This document shows positions 11,893 through 23,439 of a stretch of 64,000 nt of DNA, one piece after another. Below the pieces are notes generated by a model. The model was not told the DNA's origin, did not search any database, and worked only from the letters and a program-made list of their open reading frames with translations. Both the position numbers and the translations under genes were made by a program. Position 1 is the stretch's first letter; every line of letters starts with the position of its first letter. Origin of the DNA: Malacoraja senta (lineage: Eukaryota); assembly GCA_038087875.1 (NCBI GenBank), contig CM075987.1, positions 19,284,001-19,348,000 on the forward strand. Direction: 5' to 3'.

Positions 11893-12917
11893 CTAGACTA
11901 AGTGGGACCCGTTGGCTCCCAGGTTCACACGGGAGGGCTTGTCCCCCAACGCAATATTCCACCTCTCCACCAATTACAATATTGGTGGCCAGTGGGGGTT
12001 CTGGAGCGCTAGCATGGGTGTTGTGGGTCAAGTCAAGCCAAGTGCAGGGCCAACAATCCATTTCAAGTCGTCAATCCATTTCAAGTCAAGTCCAGCACAG
12101 GGCAGGCGGGGCCAGCCAACAATACAATCCATTTGCTTTCATTTCAAGTGAGGTCAAGCAAAGCAAAGGCAAAGCAAAAGCACAGGGCAGGCGGGGCCAG
12201 CCAACAATACAATCCATTTGCTTTCATTTCAGATGAGCTCAAGCAAAGCAAACGAAAAACAAAAGCACAGGGCAGGCCAAACAACTCATTTCATTTCATT
12301 AAGGGCTAACAAATCATTTATTGCAAGCACATTAAGGCTTAACACATCATCATTCATTGCAAGCACATTGCTGGCTAACAAATCATTTATTGCAAGCACA
12401 TTAAGGGTTAACAAATCATCATTCATTGCAAGGCACATTGCTGGCTAACAAATCATTTAATGCAAGCAAATAAAGGGTTAACCACATAAAGCACATAACC
12501 ACATAAAGCACATCACCACATAAAGCACATCACCACATAAAGCACAGTCTCACAGTTCAGTAAACTCACAGCAGAATCATAGTTGTGGCCTCTCCCTCGC
12601 GATCTTCCAGACTAACTGACTCACGTCCAGGCATCCGGAATTTTATAGCCCTGCCCCCCCCCACCCCCCGGAAGGGACATTACCTTCATCATGGTGATTG
12701 ACAGGTGAGAGGACCAATCAGCTGATCTCAAGATTTTTAAAACATTCATAACTTTTTTATTTTCCGTCGATCGGAAAAATTGTCCGGGCTGCCTGTGAGT
12801 AAGATGGACTGTGAGTAAGATGGCCAAAAACCATAGCGATATATGGTAGTGTTTTTTCTAAAATCAATATACAGCCCAGACAGGAAGTGGTCAAGATGAG
12901 ACTTTTAGTTAAAGAGA
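11893..12917 (-). mobile_element. Non-autonomous Helitron (~1.0 kb)
   Basis: The minus strand begins A|TCTCTTTAACTAAAAG (5' TC) and ends GGGAGCCAACGGGTCCC (subterminal hairpin), ACTTAGT, CTAG|T. It sits between A and T with no TSD and contains internal minisatellites. Confidence 0.9.
12093..12545. repeat. Tandem arrays inside the Helitron
   Basis: An ~88 bp unit (AGCACAGGGCAGGCGGGGCCAGCCAACAATACAATCC, 2-3 copies), a ~34 bp unit (GGCTAACAAATCATTTATTGCAAGCACATT, ~5 copies) and a ~17 bp unit (ACCACATAAAGCACAT, 4 copies). Confidence 0.9.
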
Positions 12918-15820
12918 TGTATTTCATGTGCTGTGACAATATGCCCCTTAAATACCTGGACCTCGTGCATCTTTCCTTGTGGTATTTGACTGGATTTCAT
13001 TAAATTCCATTGAACGTTTCAACCACTTCTGACATTACATATCAGAATCAATCGTAACATTGCTGGTGCTGACTGTAACTTCCACAGAACTACTTTGCAC
13101 TGTACCTCATTGCCCAGTGACTTTCAATATGTTGCATTGAATCATCTTCCAATCAGTCTTAGCTATCCCTTCCATGAATCCAATTCACAATGTAAAATAC
13201 TCTTCAGCGCTGGACAACTTTGGTATCTCCATCATCACCACACCCCCCCCCTGCCACCGCCGAACTCCCTCATAAATGAAGGGGAGAACAGGATTAGGCT
13301 GAGAACCAGCAAAGACTCGAAGGGCCAATTAGCCTCCTATGTCATGAAGAATTATGAGGATATCCTGCCATTTTCAACTCTGTAGGCTCACACATGAAGA
13401 TGGCCACTTGTCTAAGGGCTAAACATAACCAGAAAGAATGTATGCCAGTTAATGAAAATCAGAACAAAAAATGCAGCTACAGGAAATCAGATATAAAACC
13501 CAAAATGCCGATAATACTCAACAGCATCTGTGGGCCGAGAAACAGTTGACTTTTCAAGTTGTAGACCCTTGATAAGAACTGTGAAGAAGGTGCAAATGTT
13601 GGTTTTAAGTTGCAGAGAGGCTGGGGAGGGATGAATCGGACAAAGTGAATATCTCTGATCATGGTGGCCTCGGATTGGCATGGGGACCAGCTGTATACAA
13701 GCATCTCGTTGATGGGTTAATAGTGACAGTTAAAGAGAGTGAGCCTGAACAAAGCAACATAACGACTATAAGATGAGGGTGGGTAGAGAGCGAGCAAAGC
13801 AATGTCAATGTTGCTGATTTCTGTTGGAGGACATGCTCTGTACCTCCTGCAGCTCTGCATGCTCCAACTGTTACATATCATGAGTGTTGCCACTCTCCGT
13901 CTGCCCTCACTTCATGGCTTTTACTTTGCTTCGTTCAGATTCACTCTCTTTAACTGCTCCCATTAACCCATCAAACCACAAAGTGCTAGAGGAACTCAGC
14001 TGATCAGGCAGCATCTGGGAGAATGGACAGGGACCCTTCTTCGGACTAATTCCAGCATCTGCAGTTCATTCGTGTCCCCAATTAACCTATCGGTCAGATA
14101 ACAACATTTACAGCTTATTTACAACAACTTATCAGAGATATTCACTTTGCCATATCTGTCCTTCCCCCAGTCTGGCTGCAACTTCAAACTAACTTGATTT
14201 CTCACTTTCCGGGTTCTGAGGAACAGCCTAGGACCTGCAATGGTAGCTCTGCTGCTCATTCCACAATTGCTGCAAGAATACATGCTTTTCCATCAGGAGC
14301 AGAGAATTAATTCCTGACTTTGATATGTAAAATGGTAAATGAGTCACCCTGTCATTTATTGAGGGCTGTTATCCGAGAAATACAAATTTGCTGAGTTGGA
14401 CCCTGAAGAAAAATAAAAAACAAAGCCTGTATTTAGAAGGCTCCAAAGCTTTTAGGTTAGCTGGCCTTTACATTGTACATGCGCCAATGAGCACACATAG
14501 AGCCACACAGTGCTTGATGTTGGTTCTTTTGCTGTTTACGTGTCAGATCTGTGAGCTGACTGCCAGCACGATTCCATGACTCCGATTTCTCTACATCCGT
14601 GCAATGATTGGAACAGAGCCGGCAATGGCCTAACTCACCCATCAGTTCTTTATTGCTAGAATTCTTAGAGTTGTCAGGATACATTTTTCGTGCTTTCCCC
14701 AACGACTCGCATAGAATAAGCATTTGAACTTGCAAAATTCCCAAATAGCAGTCACGGTGCCCTATCAAGCAGTTGTATTGATTTATGAAAATATATCTTT
14801 TGACATATGACATTCCGTCAATCAGACAGGGTCGGTTAAGTCTTTTGGATTAAAAAAAATACTCCCCTACTCGGCCATATTTGATCCTTATAAGAATACC
14901 AATATGAATGATGTCTCTGATATTGGCAAAAATGAAATAAACAAATTTACTGGTGTTTTTTACCTCTATATCAGTATATTTACTGATATTGTATCAGAGG
15001 TAAAATACACCATCAGTGTATATGACCATTTTGCCAAATTCATTCCTTGCACTTGGACTTGAGCCACCACTAACTCGGACAACCTGCTCACTGGCCTTTG
15101 CCAGTAAAACTGTGTTGATCTGACAACTTGGAAATTATGTGTTTCTCAATTTCCTCACGCTGGGACAAAAATCCTTGTTTCCTTGTGTGTTCTGTCACCT
15201 GATAATAGAGTAGATGCATGGGAACACCATCACTGAAGCATCTCATTCTGAATTGGATATAATCCCAACATGGACATTTTGTGTATCGATGAGGTAAGAA
15301 TCTGTGAATGCATATTGAAGAGGGAACAGCTTCACCATACAGATTGCAGCAGACAATGGTCCATTAACATCTTCTCAACATGTGTAATAAATATAGATTT
15401 TAGCTGCAATGGGAACAACCCTAACCCCAAAATCAGGAAACCAAACGATACCAGGATTAAAAAGAGTGAGGTGAAGTGCAGCTTGTCACACATATTGTTG
15501 GAGTCAAAATAAGACAATTTCTCTCTCTGTTGTCTCAATCCATACTGTTTATTTTCATACTGTTTATTGCTGCTCCAATGTTCAAGTGAAAACAATTGTG
15601 TAAAAAGCTCTTTATAGACATTACTACTGTGGCAACACATTACTATTGTGGGCAAGCTGTAAGGTTTGGAACTGTAATGCACATTAAGCTCTAACAAATT
15701 TATGCCATGTCTTGGTTTTGTTGATGGTGGTGTTGCAGGAGGGTTGGGGGAATGAGGAGGTGAAGGCAGATGCAGAGGCTGGAAATCTGAAATGAAAGCA
15801 ACATTTTGCAAACACTTGTT

Positions 15821-16018
15821 TAAGAAGGTACTGCAGATGCTGGAAAATCAAAGGTAGACAAAAATGCTGGAGAAACTCAGCGGGTGAGGCAGCATCTATG
15901 GAGCGAAGGAAATAGGCGACGTTTCGGGTCGTGTCCCTTCTTCAGAAACGTCGCCTATTTCCTTCGCTCCATAGATGCTGCCTCACCCGCTGAGTTTCTC
16001 CAGCATTTTTGTCTACCT
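15821..16018. repeat. Penelope-derived palindromic repeat (young subfamily)
   Basis: Near-perfect inverted arms AAGGTAGACAAAAATGCTGGAGAAACTCAGCGGGTGAGGCAGCATCTATGGAGCGAAGGAAATAGGCGACGTTTC. Nearly identical to 61450-61669. A hammerhead core lies on the minus strand. Confidence 0.8.
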
Positions 16019-16218
16019 TTTGCACTTAGTCGGTCTGGCAGCATCTGTAGAAAGATTTAATCTTTAAATCAACAATTAAATCAACATTTAATGTTTAAGA
16101 CTTTTTCGTCAGAAAGGGGAAAAACAAGTTAATTCTGAGTTGCAGAGAAGGCTGAGGATGCATGGGCGGAAGAAGGGTCCCAGTCCGATCTTTGTTTGAA
16201 GAAGAGTCCTGACCCAAA

Positions 16219-16251
16219 GTCTGAAGAAAGGTCCAGACCTGAAACGTCACC
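16219..16251 (+). ncRNA. Putative minimal (Penelope-type) hammerhead ribozyme core
   Basis: GT-CTGAAGA-A-AGGTC-CA-GACCT-GAAAC-GTC-AC gives the CUGANGA box, stem II, GAAA, a GUC cleavage triplet and a 2-bp helix I. Activity is untested. Confidence 0.55.
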
Positions 16252-17282
16252 CATCCTTTTTCTCAAGAGATGCTGCCTGACACACAAAGTTACTCCAGCA
16301 CTGTCTTTTTTTGTTGTAGAAGACATTTTGGGTAGTCGGAGACAGAGAATATACAGGAGCACAAAATACAAGGAAGAGCAGAACTTCAGGACATGCCCAG
16401 TGGATGAGACTATGCTAACGAAGAGAGAATAACAGAACAGAAATGGCCATCGCGGATACAAACAGAGAAAGCAAGTTACAATGCACCTGTGTATATTGTA
16501 GAGTGCTTTCCTTGAAACCATTGTATCGTGATTTTCCCTGAACCCTTGACAAAAATTGACAAATTTGTTTCTTTTGCCCTTTTTCCTCACAGATATTCCA
16601 CCAGAGTTAATTTTTATTCTGCATTTCAAATTTTTTGGTAGAAATTTGTATAAAGGTGAATTTCTATTACCCAAACTGCTGTATTGGGGAGGGGGGGGGG
16701 GGGGCTTGATGCTTTAGACACTGTGCTTGATACTATAGAATTGAACAGAGTCCAGATGTCAGCAACATGCCCTGATGGAAGATGGAGTGCTGCGCTCCAG
16801 CCTTTGCATTGAACCTTGTTAAATATTATGCACCTATAATAAATAGGTGACAAAAACTGTACCGAGCCTATTTACAATGCTTACCCCCCAAAACCCCCAA
16901 ATTATACAGTTCCAATGATATGCTACATTTATTGATGTATTGATGATAATGTAGATAGGATCTGGATGTTGAATTGGATGTTGAATTGTATTGGCTAGTT
17001 TTGCAAGTGGCTTTCGTCTAATGTTTGGAGGGTGCTGATATTAATGACCACTCAATCGGAAAATTTACAAATCCAAAGAATCCTGCTCAACTTCCAATAA
17101 CTAGCCATTCAACAGTGCTACTTGTGGGATGTATGCCAATTGCTTGTGTCAAGTTTCAAAATCTGTCTGTAAAGTACTCTGCTATGTCCTGAAGGCATGG
17201 GGCCCTTCTTCATAGAAGCAAGATTAATCTTTCCTTTCCCCTCTCTTTATTTGAAGTAGGCTGATGTAAAATATATCAACAG

Positions 17283-17577
17283 CAAGGTGCAGCTGGTAGT
17301 GTTGCTGTCTCACAGTGTCAGAGACGTGGGTTTGAACCTGATCTTCAGTGCTATCTGTGAAGTTTGTACGCTCTCCCTGTGATCTCGTTTGATTCCTCTT
17401 TCTGGTCTGTTTTCCTCCCACATCCCAAAAATATCCTCTGTAAATTTCTCTGAGTGTGTAGGAAGTGGGTGGGAAAGTGGGATAACAGAACTAGTCTGAA
17501 CGGATTATCTATGGTCGGCATGGACTTGGTTGGCCAAACGGCCTGTTTCCATGCTGTATCTCTAAACTAAACAAAAC
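17283..17577 (+). repeat. Degenerate HE1/V-SINE-like tRNA SINE
   Basis: Decayed A/B boxes, a GAAGTTTGTACGCTCTCCCTGTGA core, and a CR1-like tail ending GCTGTATCTCTAAACTAAAC. Confidence 0.7.
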
Positions 17578-17723
17578 ATACATTGCATAGGCCCACCCAG
17601 CAGAATACTGGGCAGTTCCATCTGAGACCCATCACTGAATTCCCTTATTAGATTGAGAAGATTGGGCGAATAAGGAAAAGCAAAGTTGGCATGAGTGATC
17701 ATTGTGGAAAGATGCTGGGGGGA

Positions 17724-17789
17724 ACTTTACTGTTGATTCATAGAGACTTTACTGTTGATTCATAGAGACTTTACTGTTGATTCATAGAG
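17724..17789. repeat. Perfect 22-bp tandem repeat, three copies
   Basis: (ACTTTACTGTTGATTCATAGAG)3. Confidence 0.95.
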
Positions 17790-18110
17790 AATTAAAATCC
17801 AAAATTTGACCAGGTTGACTGTTGCAGAACACCTTTGACTGCCGTTGAGATTTTGGAGGAACTCATTTGCTATCATTGATTGGCAAGATAGTTAGTTGAT
17901 AGTCTCAAGGACAATAAGTTCCGATGGGAAAACAAGTTGACATTGTCATTTATACTCATTGAGCAGCATTGTCCAATTTTGATGCATTAGTCAAATGTTG
18001 ATTACGCACTGACTTGATTAACTTGTGTTGAAATAAGGTAATTGCTTCCAATGAATAAGCATAACATTAATAAACCTGATTTAACTCGGTTTTACCTTCT
18101 TGTGCTTTAG

Positions 18111-18181
18111 GAGCACGGCCAAGAATAGCGGCCCGGTACAGCATGGAGAACATGAGCGTCGTCAAGTTTTCACCAGATAAG
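18111..18181 (+). CDS. GPSM1: GPSM1/AGS3 internal exon (linker)
   Basis: Acceptor TTCTTGTGCTTTAG and donor GTGAGG; 71 nt, phase 1 to 0. Encodes (G)ARPRIAARYSMENMSVVKFSPDK, compared from memory with AGS3 GARPKR and LGN RRHSMENMELMKLTPEK. Confidence 0.88.
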
Positions 18182-19132
18182 GTGAGGTGATTTATTTTCA
18201 TTGAGAATCATAAAAGCATGTTTAGGGGAAAAAAATCAACCTCTAATTTGATTTATTTGTTTTAAGAAAGGATACAAGAATGAGAGCACGAATAGACTTT
18301 AAATTGGTATAAGAGGGAGTGTGACCAACATGGTAGCAAGTGCATAAGATTTAAGCATATTTTTCATGAATGAGGAAGGAAAATCTTGCCACAAAATGAG
18401 CATTCAATGGAGAAGAACAAAATGAAGCTGCGGAGTTTTCCCATGCATAGCATTGTAATTTATGAAAATGGTGCAGGTGCTGTGATTTGAAATATGTTGG
18501 GAATTGCAATTGTGAAATAACTGGAATAGTTTACCACTGCATTTCAAAGCAAACCATTCCAATAGAACCAAACAGGATAGCATTGGCACCACACACAGGC
18601 CTTTGCTTGCAATGCCAATAAAATATCCTGGAGATATATCAACGGTTAATTACTGACCTGGTGAGTCCTGTTTACACATTATGAAATTTCTGAACTGCAG
18701 TATTTGTTTTTAAGAGGATCAAATGCCAAAACCAATGTGTTGATGTCTAGTTCCACTTGTTCCATCCTTGCAATCCAGGCGGAAAAGTCAAACAATGCTA
18801 ATAGAATGGGGAATTTTACATGAGTCAGACCAAAATCATTTCTGTTTGGCTTTCCACAAGCCTTCACACAGGATTCAGTTCTCTGGATCAGCTACCCAAC
18901 CATATGTGCTTAAAACTGACCATGAATCCCTGGTCAGAGTTGTGAGATTTCATTGTCTTGTCAAGGCTGTTTAGGATATATTTAGCTGGGAATGAAATAT
19001 CACCTGACATGCAATGTCTGACACATCTTTGAGGTGCAATTTACGATTACTTTCCAATTGAAAATCTTAACCCTGCCATTATCTATCTCTATATGACATA
19101 ATTTTCTATTGATCTGATTTACAATTTTTAAG

Positions 19133-19327
19133 GACCAAAATGGAGAACTAACTGGAGAGTACCATTCCAACGATCTTGAAGGCACAGTTAAAACACCCCA
19201 GATTGGTAAACTAAGGAATAGAAAGTTTAACGACAGTCAATCAAGCACAGAAAGTAAACAGCAAGGAGCCAGTACATTGTTGCCTTTGGTGGATGCCAGT
19301 GACGTCAGACTTCAAGTGGCCCCAATG
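19133..19327 (+). CDS. GPSM1: GPSM1/AGS3 internal exon (linker)
   Basis: Acceptor TTTTTAAG and donor GTAAGT; 195 nt, open. Encodes DQNGELTGEYH...KLRNRKF...PLVDASDVRLQVAPM, compared with AGS3 EQNGD...PLDSADVRVHVP. Confidence 0.88.
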
Positions 19328-19569
19328 GTAAGTGTCCTGAACTTGTATTTATCACATCAACATTTGACATTGTGATTATGTGTGATTGTGTATGGGTGCC
19401 TCGTGTGGTAGCAGTTGTGTCAGATGTGAATAGTATGTAGTGTTATCACTGCTGCTTTGCTGAACATCCATTAAACCTGCACATGTTACACACATAGAAG
19501 CTTTATCAAAGGCCTGGGGCGCTTTCAGGTCCTGATTTCATTTGCAATCTACTTGACGCTATAGTTCAA

Positions 19570-20140
19570 TTTGATAATACAGAGTACATGGACAGGCAGT
19601 TGTAATGGGCAGGCAAAGTTTAATGCAGAGAAAAGTAAAGTGATGCATTTTGGTCAGAAAAATGGGAAGACGCGAGAGCATAAAGATGATTGTCCTAATT
19701 CCAGTGATGAGAAGGTTGCCCAGCCAAGAAAGGCTAGACGCTTTTAGTCTGTTTTGCTTGAGGTTGAGAAGAATGAGGAGTGACCTTATTCAAATATGTA
19801 AGATCCTAAGGGGATTTAATAGATGTTGTGATGTTTTCACCAGTGGAAGAGACACAAACAAGACAACAGAGCTATAAAATAAAGGCTGGTCATTTAAAGC
19901 TGAGCCGTGTAAACACGTCTTCTCTCGGAGGAAAATTACTCTCTGGAAATCTGTCTATGTGGGTAGTGGCCAGATCATTACATGTACTTAAAATGGAGAT
20001 AGATACATATTTGAAAGATTAAGGAATTGGAGATTCTAGGGAACTGGCACACAAGTTAAGACCAGTATTGATCAGCCATGATCATATTGAATGTTGAGGC
20101 AGGCTTGAGCAGTCTGGCGGACCACTGCTCATATTTTCTT
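19570..20140 (+). mobile_element. Old CR1 LINE 3' fragment
   Basis: Decayed FNAEKSKVMHFG, ERL..L..RRMRSDLIQ..KIL, and the GATCAGCCATGATCATATTGAAT 3'UTR motif. Confidence 0.75.
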
Positions 20141-20467
20141 GTATTCCTCTGTTCTTCCATCCTTCCCTTCTAACCCACATTCAACCACAATCATTATCAC
20201 CAACCCTTCAACTGTAGTCCATCTGCCCCTTGCTCTCCCACCAGCCTCCCCTCCCTCACTGCCCCTCTTCCCCTCTGTATTCATCCCCTGCTCCCCTCAA
20301 CAAACAACTATCTTCACATGCCTTTCTCCTTCTACCCATATTCCTCCTTATCTGACTTCCAGTGTCCTCCTTTAATTCCCAGCCTCCATCTCCTCTCCAT
20401 GATCGTCTCCACCGTTGCTCCCTACCATCCAACATTGCCCCCTGCCCTTTCTCCTGCCTCATATATA

Positions 20468-21285
20468 GTGGGCGGCGCGACTTGGTTGCAGCGGCCTCTG
20501 CAGTCCGTCTGTCTTTTTTGTTTTTTTTGTTTCGTTTGAGTTTTGTTTTTAGTGTTTTTTTTAACTGGGTATGTGTGGGGGGCGGGGGGTGGGGAGGGGG
20601 AAACTTTTAAAATCTTTTCCCTGCACGGGAGAACCGACCTTTCTCTGTCGGGTCTCCATTGTCGTTGGGGCCTAGCACCGTGGAGTGGCCTCCAACCGGA
20701 ACGACCTGGGGCTCCAGTCGCGGAGCCTGCGGACTACTCACCATCGTGGAGCTGGCCGACTTCGGAGCGGGAGGAGCTGTGGTGGCGCGCGGCTGCGACC
20801 CGACCCCGGAGATTCGGAGGCTTCACCGCGGGACTGGTGGACGGTAACATCGGGAGCCCGCGGGTCCATGGTGGGAGCTTTTCGGAGCTCCCGCAACGGC
20901 AACTACTCCTGCCCGAGTTGCGGGGTTGAAGATGACCTGGAGCGGGGTCTGGCATCGCCCGGTGCGGCATTGGTGGCCGTGAGACTTGCTGGCGCTACCG
21001 GGGGCTACAACATCGAGACCCGGAGCGGGGTCTGGCATCGCTCGGCGCGACTTTGGTGGCCGCGGGATATGTTTACAGTCGCCCGCCGGGGGCTTTGACT
21101 CTGACATCGGGAGGAGAATGGAGTGCAGGGGAGAGATAAGACTTTGCCTTCCATCACAGTGAGGAGGAGACTCACTGTGATGGATGTTTGTGTAAATTGT
21201 GTTGTGTCTTTTTTGATTGTTTGTATGACTGCAGAAACGGAATTTCGTTTGAACTTAGGTTCAAACGACAACAAATAAATATCTA
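20468..21285 (+). mobile_element. GC-rich non-autonomous retroelement with Rex1-like 3' end (copy B)
   Basis: 5' GGGCGGCGCG..GCAGCGGCCTCTGCAGTCCGTCTGTC, then a T tract and a G tract. Perfect hairpin at 21151-21183. The 3' end reads GAATTT-CGTTTGAAC/GTTCAAACG-ACAACAAATAAA. Confidence 0.7.
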
Positions 21286-23439
21286 AAAATCATCCGTCCA
21301 CTGACATGCTTATGCAGTAGACTGACCGATTACACTAGTTAGAATAATTTTATATTTTTAAATAACTGTAATTGTGACACCAGAAGAGGTAGTTGGATTT
21401 TTTCCAATTATCTCATCATTGCATTAATATGCAGTAAATCAGGTGGCCAAAGTCAACAGAGCAATACTGCTTTCATGAAAGTTTCTCGTAACTTTACAAA
21501 CGAATGTAAAGGATAAATTTATTTTTTGTAAATGGTGGGATTTCTGTCTAGCTAAATGTAACACTCTTAAAAACCCATCTTAGTGGATAAGAGCAACATG
21601 ATTGATGGAAGAACATGTTGAAAAGTGGACATTACCCTTATAGAAGCCAGCAGTGAAATTTAGAATAGGTATGACTCTGCTGCGTACATTGAATCTGCTG
21701 CCTGGAAGGTTGATGGAAGCAGATTTATAAGTAACTCTGGAAAGGAAATTAGTTTCCTACTTAAAGGAGAAAATTTTGCTGCTTTGGGGGAGAGCAGGAA
21801 ACGTGGGACGATATTCAGATAGCTTTTTCAAAGAGCTGGCAAGGACGTGATGGACATTATGCCTTGATGCCTGTAATTGATAGATAAAATGAATAATTAA
21901 CATTTTTAGTAAGAAACGTGAATTAGTAAGAAACGTGTGTTCCATTAGATGACTAACAGAACAGGACCTGTGTGATTTTAGTTTTTAAATAAAAGCACAT
22001 ACATCGCTACAACCATCTCATTCAGTTATGTCTGTCTACCTTTGAAACCCTTCTTTCTTCCTCCTCATCTTTCTCTCGTGACCATCACCTCTAAGGAGCT
22101 GAAATGTATCATCTAGCTATTCAGCAAATATTCAACATCTTGCCAAAATAAATGTTGAAGGCGAAGGCTGAGCACATTCTGAAACAGTAGCTGGCACAAG
22201 GCATTGGCCACATAAGGCAGTAACAAATATTTGTACTGTAGATCTGGAAGCTTCGGTACAAATTCAAAGCAACCTCACTGTCTTTGGGCCATAATAATTT
22301 AGTTAAATTCTCGGGTGACTAATTGTGGGAGTTCCCACTTTCATTTGACGATACAAGGAGAGGACGTCCACAGCTGTAGAAATAATCTTCTGATAAAATT
22401 AGACTACATTGAAAATGTTTTTATAAATGTGGGCTCAAAGGAACATTTGGAACATTCAAACAACTACTGAATCAGACCTGATGCTTCAAATGGCAGTCTG
22501 TTCAATTGCTTTCCAAACCTGAACACTTTTAGGTGAGTTTCACATCTATTCCTCATTTACAAAATATCTATTAACAAATATAATTCAACATTCAGTCCAG
22601 CAGAAGGAAAAATATTTTCAGGACTTTTCACTGAATTGCAGTTTGTGTAAAGTGACCAGAGAGAGTTCAGTACTAAAAGTCCATTGGAAGTTGTAAAAAT
22701 GTTTGAGATTCCAGATTGAAAAGCTTGTGCCTTGGATTTGGGCTCTTTGTTGTTCATCGTTGAAGAACGTGATTTGTTGTGACAGGTTTATTTTCATCAA
22801 CCAGCACTAAAATCATCATATCAGTTAACTACTTTGGTTAGATCTTTGGCCAGAGAAAATTTGACATGAATAAGTATTGATGCATGTAGGGGAAAATCCG
22901 TGTGAGGCATTAACACTAAATGGACTCCTTCCATTTTGCAAAATATGTGGTAGGTTTTCTTAGAATTTAAAAAAAGTTATTTTATCCAGTATTTAAAATA
23001 GTCAACCATCAAAAAGGGTTGATTTATAGTCAGCTAAAAGTAACCATTGATTTATTTTCTGCCAATGCCAAAAATTGCCAATTAAATGCAACACATGACA
23101 AAATACACCAGACAATGACTTTGCTGAAAAACTCTATTAATCACAATCTGTTCAAACAACTCAAACATTTACTATTTAGTTCAAACAATTACTCCGCTCT
23201 TTAGTTTCACCAAATCCACTACCTGTATTCAGATGTTACCCACTCTCGATAAACCTGGGTAGGATTTGATCTTGGTGAGGTTTTGTTCTCGGGACGATAC
23301 TGACAAGTACCAATCAAGTGACCTTCCTTCACAGTGCTGTTTTGTTCTTGGTTTCTAGCCATGACCCAACACCAGATGGGAGACTTAACATCTCTCCCAG
23401 GCTGATACGTTAAGCATTTGACTGGCCACAATGAATTTT

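Noticed and set aside
12301..12545. Repeat array superficially like CRISPR
   Set aside because: Contiguous tandem units without unique spacers, inside a Helitron in vertebrate DNA, with no cas genes.
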